A stretch of 64,000 bases of DNA from NCBI GenBank assembly GCA_034429015.1, contig DAOUHA010000012.1, forward strand, positions 70,615 to 134,614, in the 5' to 3' direction. Positions 9,936 to 18,839 of this stretch are shown piece after piece. This stretch comes from Longilinea sp. Lineage in GTDB: Bacteria > Chloroflexota > Anaerolineae > Anaerolineales > Anaerolineaceae. How positions within the stretch are numbered: the stretch's first letter is position 1; the number at the start of each line of letters is the position of its first letter. A model generated the notes under the pieces. It ran no database searches, was not told the DNA's origin, and saw only the letters and a list, made by a program, of their open reading frames with translations. Both the position numbers and the translations under genes were made by a program.

Positions 9936-11489
9936 ATGAAACGCATCTGCTTTCTACTGATCCTTCTCATCACCCTGGCGGGCTGCCAGGTGACCGCCTC
10001 CCCGACCGACCATCTGGAATCGGGCACACCCACACGGGCAATTTCATCCTCGCCCAGCCAGCAGGTCATTCTCCCGGACCCCGAATTATTTCCCGTAAGC
10101 TGGGATGAACGGTCTGATTTTACAGCCGGCTTGATTCCCTCCCAACAGGATATCCTGACCCACCTGCCGGGTGCCACAATTTATCACATCCTGGTTGACA
10201 TACAGGATGACCTGAGCAGACTGAATGGATTGATGGAGGTCCGCTACACAAACCGGGAGACTGTCCCGTTGAATGAAATATACTTTCGCCTGTTGCCCAA
10301 CCTTTACCAGGTGAAAATGACCACCGCCAATGTAAAAGTTAATAAACAGGATGCAGCCAGCGAAGCGGTGGGAGCATCCAGTTCCCTGCGGGTGGACCTG
10401 CCAACCCCTTTGGAACCGGAGACACCCATCGTCATCTCCATGGAATTTACAATCGAATTACCCCCAGGCGGCGGGAATGGATTGAATTTTGTGTATAACA
10501 GCCAGATCCTGGCTTTGGCGCAATTTTATCCCCTCATCCCGGTTTATGATGAGGCTGGCTGGCACATTGAAATTCCATCCGCTTCAGGCGATCCCACCTA
10601 TGCCGATCCCGGCTTCTTCCGGGTGCAGGTGACTGCACCATCACAATACATGATGGCAGCTTCCGGCGTTGAAGAGGAGCCAAAAATTGATGGAACCCGG
10701 CAGGTACAGGTCTTCCGAGCTGGTCCGGTGCGTGATTTTTACCTCTGCGGAGGTACTGGATACACCTCGTTGACCACGACCCGCAATGGGATTGTTGTCA
10801 ACAGTTATTCCCTTCCATCGCAGAAGGAAGGAGCCCGGCTGGCTCTGGATACCGCAGCGGCAGCAATCGATAGTTTCAATCAACGGTTTGCCCCCTACCC
10901 TTATTCCGAATTTGATATTGTCACCATTCCGACCGCGGTATTGGGAATTGAGTACCCCGGCATCACTGCCATCAATGAGGATCTTTACGACCTGGAAGGT
11001 AACGTCCGCGGCACGCCAAATGAAATTTACATGGAAAGCACGGTTGCCCATGAAACCGGTCATCAATGGTTTTACAACCTGGTCGGCAGCGATCAGCTGA
11101 ATGAACCCTGGTTGGATGAAGCCGTCACACAATATGCCACTGCGTTATATTATCTGGATGCCTATGGCAGGAGTGGAGAGGAAGGTTATATCGAATCCTG
11201 GTATGCGCGCTGGGATCGAGTGAATCGGGAGGAAATTCCCATCGGTTTGCCGGTGGCAGCGTATGACAGTACAAATTCCTACAGCCCGATCGTTTACGGA
11301 CGTGGACCCATTTTTCTATCAAAATTAAGTGACAAACTGGGTGAGGAAAAATTCAACACCTTTTTGAAAAAATATGTTGAAATTTATTCCTGGAATATTG
11401 CCAATACCGGCAGATTCAAAGAACTGGCAGAAGAATCCTGCGGATGCAAATTAACCTCCCTGTTCAAGGAATGGGTATTTGAAAAATAA
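9936..11489 (+). CDS. M1-family zinc metallopeptidase, lipoprotein
   Basis: HETGHQWFYN (HExxH) plus the downstream WLDEA glutamate. N-terminal LLITLAGC lipobox. Confidence 0.85.
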   Translation: MKRICFLLILLITLAGCQVTASPTDHLESGTPTRAISSSPSQQVILPDPELFPVSWDERSDFTAGLIPSQQDILTHLPGATIYHILVDIQDDLSRLNGLMEVRYTNRETVPLNEIYFRLLPNLYQVKMTTANVKVNKQDAASEAVGASSSLRVDLPTPLEPETPIVISMEFTIELPPGGGNGLNFVYNSQILALAQFYPLIPVYDEAGWHIEIPSASGDPTYADPGFFRVQVTAPSQYMMAASGVEEEPKIDGTRQVQVFRAGPVRDFYLCGGTGYTSLTTTRNGIVVNSYSLPSQKEGARLALDTAAAAIDSFNQRFAPYPYSEFDIVTIPTAVLGIEYPGITAINEDLYDLEGNVRGTPNEIYMESTVAHETGHQWFYNLVGSDQLNEPWLDEAVTQYATALYYLDAYGRSGEEGYIESWYARWDRVNREEIPIGLPVAAYDSTNSYSPIVYGRGPIFLSKLSDKLGEEKFNTFLKKYVEIYSWNIANTGRFKELAEESCGCKLTSLFKEWVFEK

Positions 11490-11551
11490 TAGCTTGAGAG
11501 GTGGAAAGGAACCTTCCAGGCTCCATGCCAGGTCCTGATAATTAATGGATC

Positions 11552-12349
11552 TCAAGAACTCTTTTCAAAAATAAAATTCCAAACGATCTCAAACATGACC
11601 GACCTGTTGGGATCCTGAATGAGTGAATGACCAAAACCGTCCAGCCACACCATCCGGCGGTCATTTGAACCCACATGGTCATAAAGATAAGGAAGGCTGT
11701 TCAGTGAAATTCCCTCATCCTGTCTTGATTGGATAAACAAAACCGGGCATGAAACGCTGGACAGATTCTTCCGCATGGTTGAACATGCTGATTCCAGTTC
11801 CAATAATATCCGTGCCGGATAAGCCGCATAAGCGGGATAGTTCTTCTCCCGGCAGATGCCGTAGTGTGGATGCAGCCTGACATGCGGCTTACGGATGATC
11901 CTCCCGGCATCTGAATCTCTGGTTATCCTGGCTCTCTCGCGGTCAGAAAATTGGATGAATGCCGGTGTGGATAATCCAACCACCCCGGCAACCGGATGAC
12001 CAGCAGCAGCGGAAATTGCTATCATTCCTCCCATGGATTGACCAATGAGGAAAATTTGATTTGTCATGCCATCCAGTTCCTCAATCGCTGATTGTACATC
12101 TGCAATCCAATCCCCCCAATGCACATCCACCAAATCCTCCGGGTGTGTTCCATGACCTGCCAGACGTACAGCCAAAACTGTACAACCCTTTTCATTTAAA
12201 ATATTTCCCAAAGGATGGGTTTCCGCTGGCATGGCAGTAAAACCATGCAATAAGACACAACCAATTTTTCCACCGGGCAGTAAACAGGGTTCGCCATCAG
12301 GAATGATTGGATACATCATGCACCACCTCTGAAATAATTTTATACTCAA
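11552..12349 (-). CDS. Alpha/beta hydrolase (carboxylesterase / lysophospholipase-like)
   Basis: LHGFT oxyanion region and GQSMGG nucleophile elbow. The start could instead be the MMYP methionine about 30 nt downstream. Confidence 0.75.
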   Translation of the reverse strand: MSIKLFQRWCMMYPIIPDGEPCLLPGGKIGCVLLHGFTAMPAETHPLGNILNEKGCTVLAVRLAGHGTHPEDLVDVHWGDWIADVQSAIEELDGMTNQIFLIGQSMGGMIAISAAAGHPVAGVVGLSTPAFIQFSDRERARITRDSDAGRIIRKPHVRLHPHYGICREKNYPAYAAYPARILLELESACSTMRKNLSSVSCPVLFIQSRQDEGISLNSLPYLYDHVGSNDRRMVWLDGFGHSLIQDPNRSVMFEIVWNFIFEKSS

Positions 12350-12382
12350 TTATTTCCAGACACAAATTAAATTACGAAACAA

Positions 12383-12880
12383 TCAAGCTGGAAAGATGAA
12401 ATCTGCCGGGAAAGACTTAATTTCCCAGTTCAACAATTTCCCCGCATGGTAAACAAAATGGTAAATCCGGGGTGGCACCCCTTTAAGTAGATAAGGCAAA
12501 ACCACGTGGAGGTTATCAACCACTTCCGGAGCTGAACAAGCCCAATCCTGATTCAGCCATGCCAGCCTGCCTTCATTGTTTGATTTCGGTTCACCCTCTG
12601 GGGCATTTGTGCTGAACAGGTACAATCCACCGGATGGGATTTCAAATCCCTCCCAGGTTAGCAAGCCATCAAATCGGACACCGGGAAGGACAAAACCTGT
12701 TTCCTCCTCAACCTCCCGCAGACAGGCAGCCAGGGGTGCCTCACCGGCTTCTATATGTCCTCCAACCCCATTCCATTTCCCCTGGTTGGGTGGATGGTTG
12801 CGATGCAACATTAAGATCAAGTCATCCCGTCGTAAAAAACAAAGTGTGAACCGAATTTCAGGTGGTTGAATTCCGGTCAT
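12383..12880 (-). CDS. NUDIX hydrolase
   Basis: Nudix box GGHIEAGEAPLAACLREVEEETG. Its ATG overlaps the hycI stop codon (ATGA). Confidence 0.85.
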   Translation of the reverse strand: MTGIQPPEIRFTLCFLRRDDLILMLHRNHPPNQGKWNGVGGHIEAGEAPLAACLREVEEETGFVLPGVRFDGLLTWEGFEIPSGGLYLFSTNAPEGEPKSNNEGRLAWLNQDWACSAPEVVDNLHVVLPYLLKGVPPRIYHFVYHAGKLLNWEIKSFPADFIFPA

Positions 12881-13380
12881 GGTCCCACCAGAGTCTCCCC
12901 CAGTAAATCAACTGCGGATTCCACTCCCTGGATGACTGGATGAGACATGGGAGTATCAAAATCAACCGCCAGAGGTTGAATTCCAATCAAGGCGACCCGG
13001 CAGCCCAGTTCGTTGATGAGATATTTGGACAGAATGGTCGGAGGAAGTATGTGTGTGGATGCGCTCATCCCATCCGCTGCAGTCCAATCCAGCCACATCA
13101 CGGTACCCGGTTCCGCGTCGAAGGATGCCGCATCCACCAGAATCACCCAATCGGGATCAAACCGCCTTAACGGTCCGGTAAAAGCTTCCGGCGCCGCCCC
13201 CCCTTCCAGGAGCAATAATTCCAACCTGCCATCCCGCAAGATGTACGGTTCCCGCGCCAATTTATCCGGTGTAAACGCGCACCGCCGGTCCAGGTACTGG
13301 TGCAAACTGCGCACCACCTGGACCCCGGCGGCGTCATCTCCATTTAGTTCGTTCCCGATCCCCAGGAACGCCAGACGCAA
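12877..13380 (-). CDS. hycI: Hydrogenase maturation endopeptidase (HycI-type)
   Basis: LGIGNELNGDDAAG motif typical of hydrogenase-3-type proteases. The track ORF runs to 13494 and overlaps the upstream ferredoxin gene by 107 nt. TTG at 13380, 8 nt after that gene's stop, gives a typical M-RLAFLGIGNE N-terminus. Confidence 0.8.
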   Translation of the reverse strand: MRLAFLGIGNELNGDDAAGVQVVRSLHQYLDRRCAFTPDKLAREPYILRDGRLELLLLEGGAAPEAFTGPLRRFDPDWVILVDAASFDAEPGTVMWLDWTAADGMSASTHILPPTILSKYLINELGCRVALIGIQPLAVDFDTPMSHPVIQGVESAVDLLGETLVGP

Positions 13381-13387
13381 AGACTGA

Positions 13388-13831
13388 TTAAGCCGATGCG
13401 GAAGGCTGGCAGGGATCAGCGGATTCAGGATTTTCCTGAGCGGCTTGATCCAACAGGAATTGGACATCTTCGTCCCGACCGTAATAAACCTCAAATGGTT
13501 TGCGGCTCAACGCGGCCAGCTCGTATTCCTCATTGGACATACTCAAGCATTCAAACCGGCAGTTTTCCACACACTGGGAACAATAAGTGCAGCGGTCTGC
13601 ATTGAAGCGCATGACAAAACGTTTGTTTGCCCGATCCAAAACGATCAACTCGATGGCTTTTGCCGGGCAATCCTTGACGCACAACATGCACCCAGAACAC
13701 TTCTCAGGATCGTAATGCAGTTTCCCGCGCAATCGTTCCGGAGCGGGCTTGCGAACATACGGATAACGTTCGGTGATTGGTTTTTTAACCAAGGACCGGA
13801 GGATATCACCTATCATTGCACCGATGGTCAT
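13388..13831 (-). CDS. 2x[4Fe-4S] ferredoxin subunit (NuoI / HycF-like)
   Basis: Two cluster motifs: CSGCMLCVKDCP and CTYCSQCVENC. Confidence 0.85.
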   Translation of the reverse strand: MTIGAMIGDILRSLVKKPITERYPYVRKPAPERLRGKLHYDPEKCSGCMLCVKDCPAKAIELIVLDRANKRFVMRFNADRCTYCSQCVENCRFECLSMSNEEYELAALSRKPFEVYYGRDEDVQFLLDQAAQENPESADPCQPSASA

Positions 13832-13834
13832 TTT

Positions 13835-14782
13835 TTAACTCCCAAACAATAGCGGATTCAGGTAGCGCCCCACCACAATGGCAAGCAGTTGGAGAAGAGC
13901 CAGCAGTGCGCCAGCCCGCCACCAAATTCCCACCGTCTGATCAATTCTCAACCGGGCAAAGAGGGATTGCAGACCAGCCGTCACCAACAGGAGGATGCCG
14001 ACTTTCCAAAGGAAATCCACCGGGTTGACGATGCCACCCATGTAAAAAGCTGCAATCAATGTCAATCCGATGACCAGTTCCACATCCTTGCCAATTCTGA
14101 AGATTGCCAATCCCCGTCCGGAATATTCGGTAAGGGCACCGGCGACAATTTCCGTTTCAGCTTCAGGTGCATCGAAGGGCGGTAACTCCAGTTTGCCCAT
14201 TAAACCCACCATCGCCACCAGGAAGCCAATCGGCTGGCTGAGAATGAACCACAGGTTCGCATCTGCAAAAGCATTGATCTCGGAGATGTTCCAGGTGGCG
14301 GCAACGATAGCCGGACCCAGCAAGGCGAGCAGGAAGGGGGCTTCGTATGAGAATAATTGGGTCAGGGTACGGGTCGCACCAACCAGTGAGAAACGGTTGG
14401 CTGTATTGGCGCCTGCCAGCCCCAGGCAGAGTGTCATGACACTGAGCAGGTACAGGGTAACGATCAGGTCACCAGCGAAGGAATGGGCAGGGCTGAAGCC
14501 AAACAAAGGCACGTACAATGCTGCTGTCAGCGCGGAAGCCAGGGCGATGACCGGCAGGACAATAAAGAGACCCTTTTGAACGCCATCCGGGACAATTTCT
14601 TCCTTCGCAAGCAGTTTGACGATATCTGCCAGCGGCTGGAACCAGCGTGGACCGATTCTGTTCTGATATTGAGCCACCAGTTTTCGATCCGCCCACTCAA
14701 AGAACAACCCGAATGCCAGCAGGAACAATCCGCCGGGAAATACAAGTAGTGCTATCAGGGGAGGGAGCGTTATATTGTTCAT
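13835..14782 (-). CDS. Membrane subunit, NuoH / HycD-like
   Basis: 315-aa polytopic protein. N-terminal EWADRKLVAQYQNRIGP matches the NuoH/HycD signature. Confidence 0.85.
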   Translation of the reverse strand: MNNITLPPLIALLVFPGGLFLLAFGLFFEWADRKLVAQYQNRIGPRWFQPLADIVKLLAKEEIVPDGVQKGLFIVLPVIALASALTAALYVPLFGFSPAHSFAGDLIVTLYLLSVMTLCLGLAGANTANRFSLVGATRTLTQLFSYEAPFLLALLGPAIVAATWNISEINAFADANLWFILSQPIGFLVAMVGLMGKLELPPFDAPEAETEIVAGALTEYSGRGLAIFRIGKDVELVIGLTLIAAFYMGGIVNPVDFLWKVGILLLVTAGLQSLFARLRIDQTVGIWWRAGALLALLQLLAIVVGRYLNPLLFGS

Positions 14783-15966
14783 TTATAGTATTCCACTCCA
14801 TACTGCCGTAAATCTTCCCAGGTCCAATCCTGGGTTGTGCTGCCATTCCGCCGGATTGAGATCAGGCGGTCATTGCAGGAAAAACAGGGATCTATGCCAG
14901 CCAGGATCATGGGCATATCTGCAAGCTTGTGTCCAGGCACAAAGTTTATGATGGAAGCCCAGTTGCTGAGGGTTGGAGTGCGCACCTTCACCCGTTCAGG
15001 CTGTTCGGTTCCATTGGATTTAATGAAGTAGAACAGTTCTCCGCGGGGTGCCTCAACCCGGCTGATGGTTTCACCAGCGGGAATGCGGCGGGGCATGCGC
15101 GTGGTAAGTTCCGTCTCGGGCAAATTATCGAGAATCTGGCGAATGACCCGGAAACATTCCTGTGTTTCCCGAATTCTGACAATAAAGCGCGCCAGCAAGT
15201 CGCCTGCTGTTTCCAGAACTATATTAATCGGGAATTGCGGATACCCGGCATACGGAGCATGGACGCGAATATCGATATCCACATTGGAAGCCCGGGCAAC
15301 CGGTCCCACACAGCCCATTGCGATGGCTTCCTCCTTGGTCATGGTACCCACACCCTGGGTCCGTGCCAGGAAGGTTTCATCGGTGGTGACAACCTTCAAG
15401 TAATGGTTGTTGCGTTCCTCCAGGAAATCCAGTCCTTTGCGTATCTGATCCGCCATATCCGGAGTGACATCAATCTTGACGCCGCCCAGCACGTTGACGG
15501 AGTAGTTCACGCGATTACCAGTCAGAGCTTCCAGCAGATCCATTACAGTTTCACGGTCGCGCCAGGAGTACATGAAAAGTGTATCGAAACCACCTTCATG
15601 CGCTGCCACACCCAGCCAAAGCATGTGGCTGTGAATGCGCTCCAGCTCTGCTACCAAAGTCCGGATTGCCTGGGCGCGCGCCGGAGCTGTCACACCTGCC
15701 AGTTTTTCAGCGCCGAGCGCAAATGCCGTGGCGTGGATGTGCGAACAAATGCCGCAAATGCGTTCCATCAGGTACATTCCCTGGGTATAGTTCCTGCCCT
15801 CGGCGCCTTTTTCAATTCCACGATGGACATATCCCAACCGGACGCTGGCGCTGGTGACAATTTCACCATCCACATCAAATTCAAAGTGACCCGGTTCTTT
15901 TAACGCGGGGTGTTGTGGACCAATGGGAACGATAAATTTTTGCGGAGTTAGAGGTAAATTTTCCAT
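14779..15966 (-). CDS. Group 4 [NiFe]-hydrogenase large (catalytic) subunit, NuoD-like
   Basis: N-terminal RICGICSHIH (C71, C74) and C-terminal DPCFSCNDR (14866-14892) give all four Ni-Fe cysteine ligands. A 28-aa tail follows the Arg. Confidence 0.92.
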   Translation of the reverse strand: MENLPLTPQKFIVPIGPQHPALKEPGHFEFDVDGEIVTSASVRLGYVHRGIEKGAEGRNYTQGMYLMERICGICSHIHATAFALGAEKLAGVTAPARAQAIRTLVAELERIHSHMLWLGVAAHEGGFDTLFMYSWRDRETVMDLLEALTGNRVNYSVNVLGGVKIDVTPDMADQIRKGLDFLEERNNHYLKVVTTDETFLARTQGVGTMTKEEAIAMGCVGPVARASNVDIDIRVHAPYAGYPQFPINIVLETAGDLLARFIVRIRETQECFRVIRQILDNLPETELTTRMPRRIPAGETISRVEAPRGELFYFIKSNGTEQPERVKVRTPTLSNWASIINFVPGHKLADMPMILAGIDPCFSCNDRLISIRRNGSTTQDWTWEDLRQYGVEYYK

Positions 15967-15981
15967 TACAAAATCTCCTTC

Positions 15982-16458
15982 CTAGCTCTGATTCATACCG
16001 GTAAAGGATTTCCGTAGAGGATAAACCTCATCCGGCCAGTTTTCCGGCAGGATTAAATGATCGGTTGTGGGGGTACCCTCACAGGTAATTCCGAATAGTT
16101 CCATCAATTCACGTTCAAACAGTGTTGCCACCGGGATGATTTCACAGATGGTGGGAATGACCGGGTTCGCATACGGCACACTCACCCGCAAGGTGGTCAC
16201 AGCAGAGCCATTGCAGAAATGATAGAGAGCTTCCAGGATGCCATCCGGTTCCGCTCCTTCTGCGGCTGCAACGGGATGATCCAGCCCGGTTATCGCAGTC
16301 AAGTATCCCCATTGATTATCGATAATTAATTTGACTGCTTCCGGCAGCCGGTTCGGGGAAAGTTTCACATCCAGGCGGTTGGGCTCCGGGTGTTCCATAG
16401 ACTCCGCCAGGGGCTGCAGCAGGTTTTCACACATTTGCAAAGCAGTATCCAGGTCCAT
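15982..16458 (-). CDS. NuoC (30 kDa)-like hydrogenase subunit
   Basis: 158 aa. The size, position between the NuoB-like and NuoD-like genes, and the ERELMELFGI motif are typical of NuoC / the HycE N-terminal domain. Confidence 0.8.
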   Translation of the reverse strand: MDLDTALQMCENLLQPLAESMEHPEPNRLDVKLSPNRLPEAVKLIIDNQWGYLTAITGLDHPVAAAEGAEPDGILEALYHFCNGSAVTTLRVSVPYANPVIPTICEIIPVATLFERELMELFGITCEGTPTTDHLILPENWPDEVYPLRKSFTGMNQS

Positions 16459-16467
16459 TATATCCTC

Positions 16468-16962
16468 CTACTCTTCCGCCACAGGTTTGGGAGCCGGGGC
16501 TGGTTTAGCCTGAAGGCTCTGCAGCAGGGCAACCACGCCATGGATAATTGCCTCCGGACGCGGCGGGCACCCGGGAATATAAGCTGCCACCGGGATGACC
16601 TCACCAATGGAGCCGACGATGTTGTAGCAGCCCTGGAATGCCCCGCCAGATATACCGCATGAACCAACCGCAACCACGAACTTGGGTTCCGGCATTTGTT
16701 CATAAATGCGGATCAGCCGATCTCTTGATTGAAGAGTGACCGGTCCGGTGCAAAGTAATACATCTGCATGTCGCGGTGAACCCTGCAGCTTGATGCCGAA
16801 GCGTTCCAGGTCGTACCGCGGGGTCAGAGTTGCCAAAATTTCAATATCACAGCCGTTGCAGGAGCCGCTGTTATAGTGAATCACCCAGGGTGAGTTGACT
16901 CTTGCCCAGGTTTTGATTTGATTCAGCGCCCGCTGCCATGGATTATCCAGTTTCAATTCCAT
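16468..16962 (-). CDS. [NiFe]-hydrogenase small subunit, NuoB / HycG-like
   Basis: Four cysteines for one proximal [4Fe-4S] cluster: GSCNGCDIE, GSCGISGG and GCPPRPE. Confidence 0.9.
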   Translation of the reverse strand: MELKLDNPWQRALNQIKTWARVNSPWVIHYNSGSCNGCDIEILATLTPRYDLERFGIKLQGSPRHADVLLCTGPVTLQSRDRLIRIYEQMPEPKFVVAVGSCGISGGAFQGCYNIVGSIGEVIPVAAYIPGCPPRPEAIIHGVVALLQSLQAKPAPAPKPVAEE

Positions 16963-17002
16963 TCGATCCTCTTTTCCAGTACCTGATAAATCCTTTCACA
17001 CC

Positions 17003-17314
17003 TCATCCCAACAACAGGGCGACCAATGCCAGCCCAATACCGAACAGATATGGAAGCATCAGCTTGTCCACGGGACCGGTCGCCAGCACCAGCACACCCA
17101 AGTGCAGGACCGCAAAGAAAAAGGCGATCAAGAAGAACGGGCGGTATCCGGGTGCTGCCATCGAGGTTGGAGCTTCCTCTCCGCTGCCATAGATGGTGCT
17201 TTTTAGAGGAGTTTCCTTGGTCTTTCCAGCCAGACCTCTGCCAATGAAGAAGATGATCAGCACCAGCGGAATATAAATAAGAAATGCAACAGGGGGTGTA
17301 AGCAAAATTTCCAT
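17003..17314 (-). CDS. Small three-TM membrane subunit, NuoA-like
   Basis: 103 aa. TM1, then a loop with YGSGEE (compare YECG in NuoA), then FFLIAFFFAVLHLG (compare FYLVAMFFVIFDVE). Assignment is from remembered NuoA sequences only. Confidence 0.5.
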   Translation of the reverse strand: MEILLTPPVAFLIYIPLVLIIFFIGRGLAGKTKETPLKSTIYGSGEEAPTSMAAPGYRPFFLIAFFFAVLHLGVLVLATGPVDKLMLPYLFGIGLALVALLLG

Positions 17315-17325
17315 CTGATGCTCCT

Positions 17326-18837
17326 TTATCTGCCAAAGGTCTGGAACAACGCCAGAGCCGCCGGGTGAGTAAGCCAGTTAAGCAGGGAAGGATAGAAACC
17401 CAGCACAACCGTTCCTGCTGCCAGCAGAATGAGCGGAAGTGTCATCAACCAGCTGACTGGTTTTCCTTCCAGAACAATATCGGAAGGTTTCGTCCGGTAC
17501 ATGCGGTTGACCAGGGGGGCATAGTAGCCGAGGGAGAGAACGCTGTTCAATCCCATGAAGCCAACCAGGACGATTATCCACACGTTTTGAGTCTGGGCGC
17601 CTGCCACAAGAATCTGCCACTTGGACATGAAGCCTGCCAGGGGTGGCAGCCCTCCCAAGCCCAACAGACCAATGCTCAGGGTCAGTACAACCCAGGGATA
17701 CTTTTTCGCAGCTCCGTTGAGATCATCCACCATCAATGGCGAGTGATCACCCCGGGCAATATACAGGGCATAGAGCAGGGCGCCAACTCCAAGGAAGGCG
17801 AGTCCCTTCATCATCGCATGGTTGAACAGATGGAAGAAACCGCCTGCCGCACCATTTGCGGCACCAAAACTGAGCGCAATTCCAATGCCAAAGAGGATGT
17901 AGCCCATGTGGGCGACCGAGGAGTACGCCAGCAGACGTTTCACCTGCTTCTGCCGCAGTGCCATCAGGTTGCCGATCAGCATATTGACTGCCGCAAACAC
18001 GATAATAATGATGCCCCAATCCCTCACTGCGGTGAGCGCACCGAGTGCCCGCAGCATCGCCACCATGCCGGTTTCGATGACCACGCCTGAAAGCATGGCA
18101 CTGATTCCACTGGGTGCCTGCGAGTGAGCATCCGGCAGCCAGGTATGCAGGGGAACCAGAGCTGTCTTGACACCAAAACCAATCAGGAAAAAAGCTCCTG
18201 CAGCCATTAAACCTGGCCAGGGCATGAGATACAGGCGGAAGGTCTCCGGATTCAATGTACCGGTGTACATGAATACAACGGCAATGCCCAAAAGGACAAA
18301 CACCGAACCCACCGCACTTTGAACCAGGTACTTGACCCCCGCCTCCAGTGAGGCTGGTTGTTCCCGGTAGAAGGCAACCAGCATATAGGATGCGATTGCC
18401 ATTGCCTCAAACCAGACCCACAGGTTGAAGAGATCGACTGCGGTGCCCAGACCAATCATTGAGCCGATCATCGTCAGCAGAAGGGCATAAAATTTTTCCT
18501 CACCGACTTCTGATTGCATATACTGACCGGAGAATAAAATGACAAGCGTGCCCAGCATCCAGACCGAAACAGCCAGCACCAGGCTGATTCCGTCAAATTG
18601 GAGGGGGACGGTTTCCACCATCATTCCTACAGAATTGCCAGTGGTGACCACCTGCCTGCCCGCAATAAACAACGGGATGCCGGTCAACAACATGGCTGCC
18701 AGTGCCACCCAGCGAGCTGGATTTACTGTACTGGAGTCACCTGCCTTGCGTGCCACCAGCCTGCCAGCCAGGTATGTCACCGGGGCAGCCAGCAGCGGAA
18801 TTGCAATAACGAAAATCACTGCATACATCGGGTCCAT
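17326..18837 (-). CDS. Antiporter-like membrane subunit (NuoM/NuoN/MrpD family)
   Basis: 503-aa polytopic protein with the WLPDAHSQAPSGISAMLSG motif typical of the proton-antiporter M family. Confidence 0.85.
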   Translation of the reverse strand: MDPMYAVIFVIAIPLLAAPVTYLAGRLVARKAGDSSTVNPARWVALAAMLLTGIPLFIAGRQVVTTGNSVGMMVETVPLQFDGISLVLAVSVWMLGTLVILFSGQYMQSEVGEEKFYALLLTMIGSMIGLGTAVDLFNLWVWFEAMAIASYMLVAFYREQPASLEAGVKYLVQSAVGSVFVLLGIAVVFMYTGTLNPETFRLYLMPWPGLMAAGAFFLIGFGVKTALVPLHTWLPDAHSQAPSGISAMLSGVVIETGMVAMLRALGALTAVRDWGIIIIVFAAVNMLIGNLMALRQKQVKRLLAYSSVAHMGYILFGIGIALSFGAANGAAGGFFHLFNHAMMKGLAFLGVGALLYALYIARGDHSPLMVDDLNGAAKKYPWVVLTLSIGLLGLGGLPPLAGFMSKWQILVAGAQTQNVWIIVLVGFMGLNSVLSLGYYAPLVNRMYRTKPSDIVLEGKPVSWLMTLPLILLAAGTVVLGFYPSLLNWLTHPAALALFQTFGR

Positions 18838-18839
18838 GG

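Noticed and set aside
11490-11551. Small GGAAAGG-AA-CCTTCC hairpin between the convergent peptidase and hydrolase genes, considered as a terminator.
   Set aside because: The loop is only 2 nt, the stem contains a bulge and there is no U-tract. It is not convincing.
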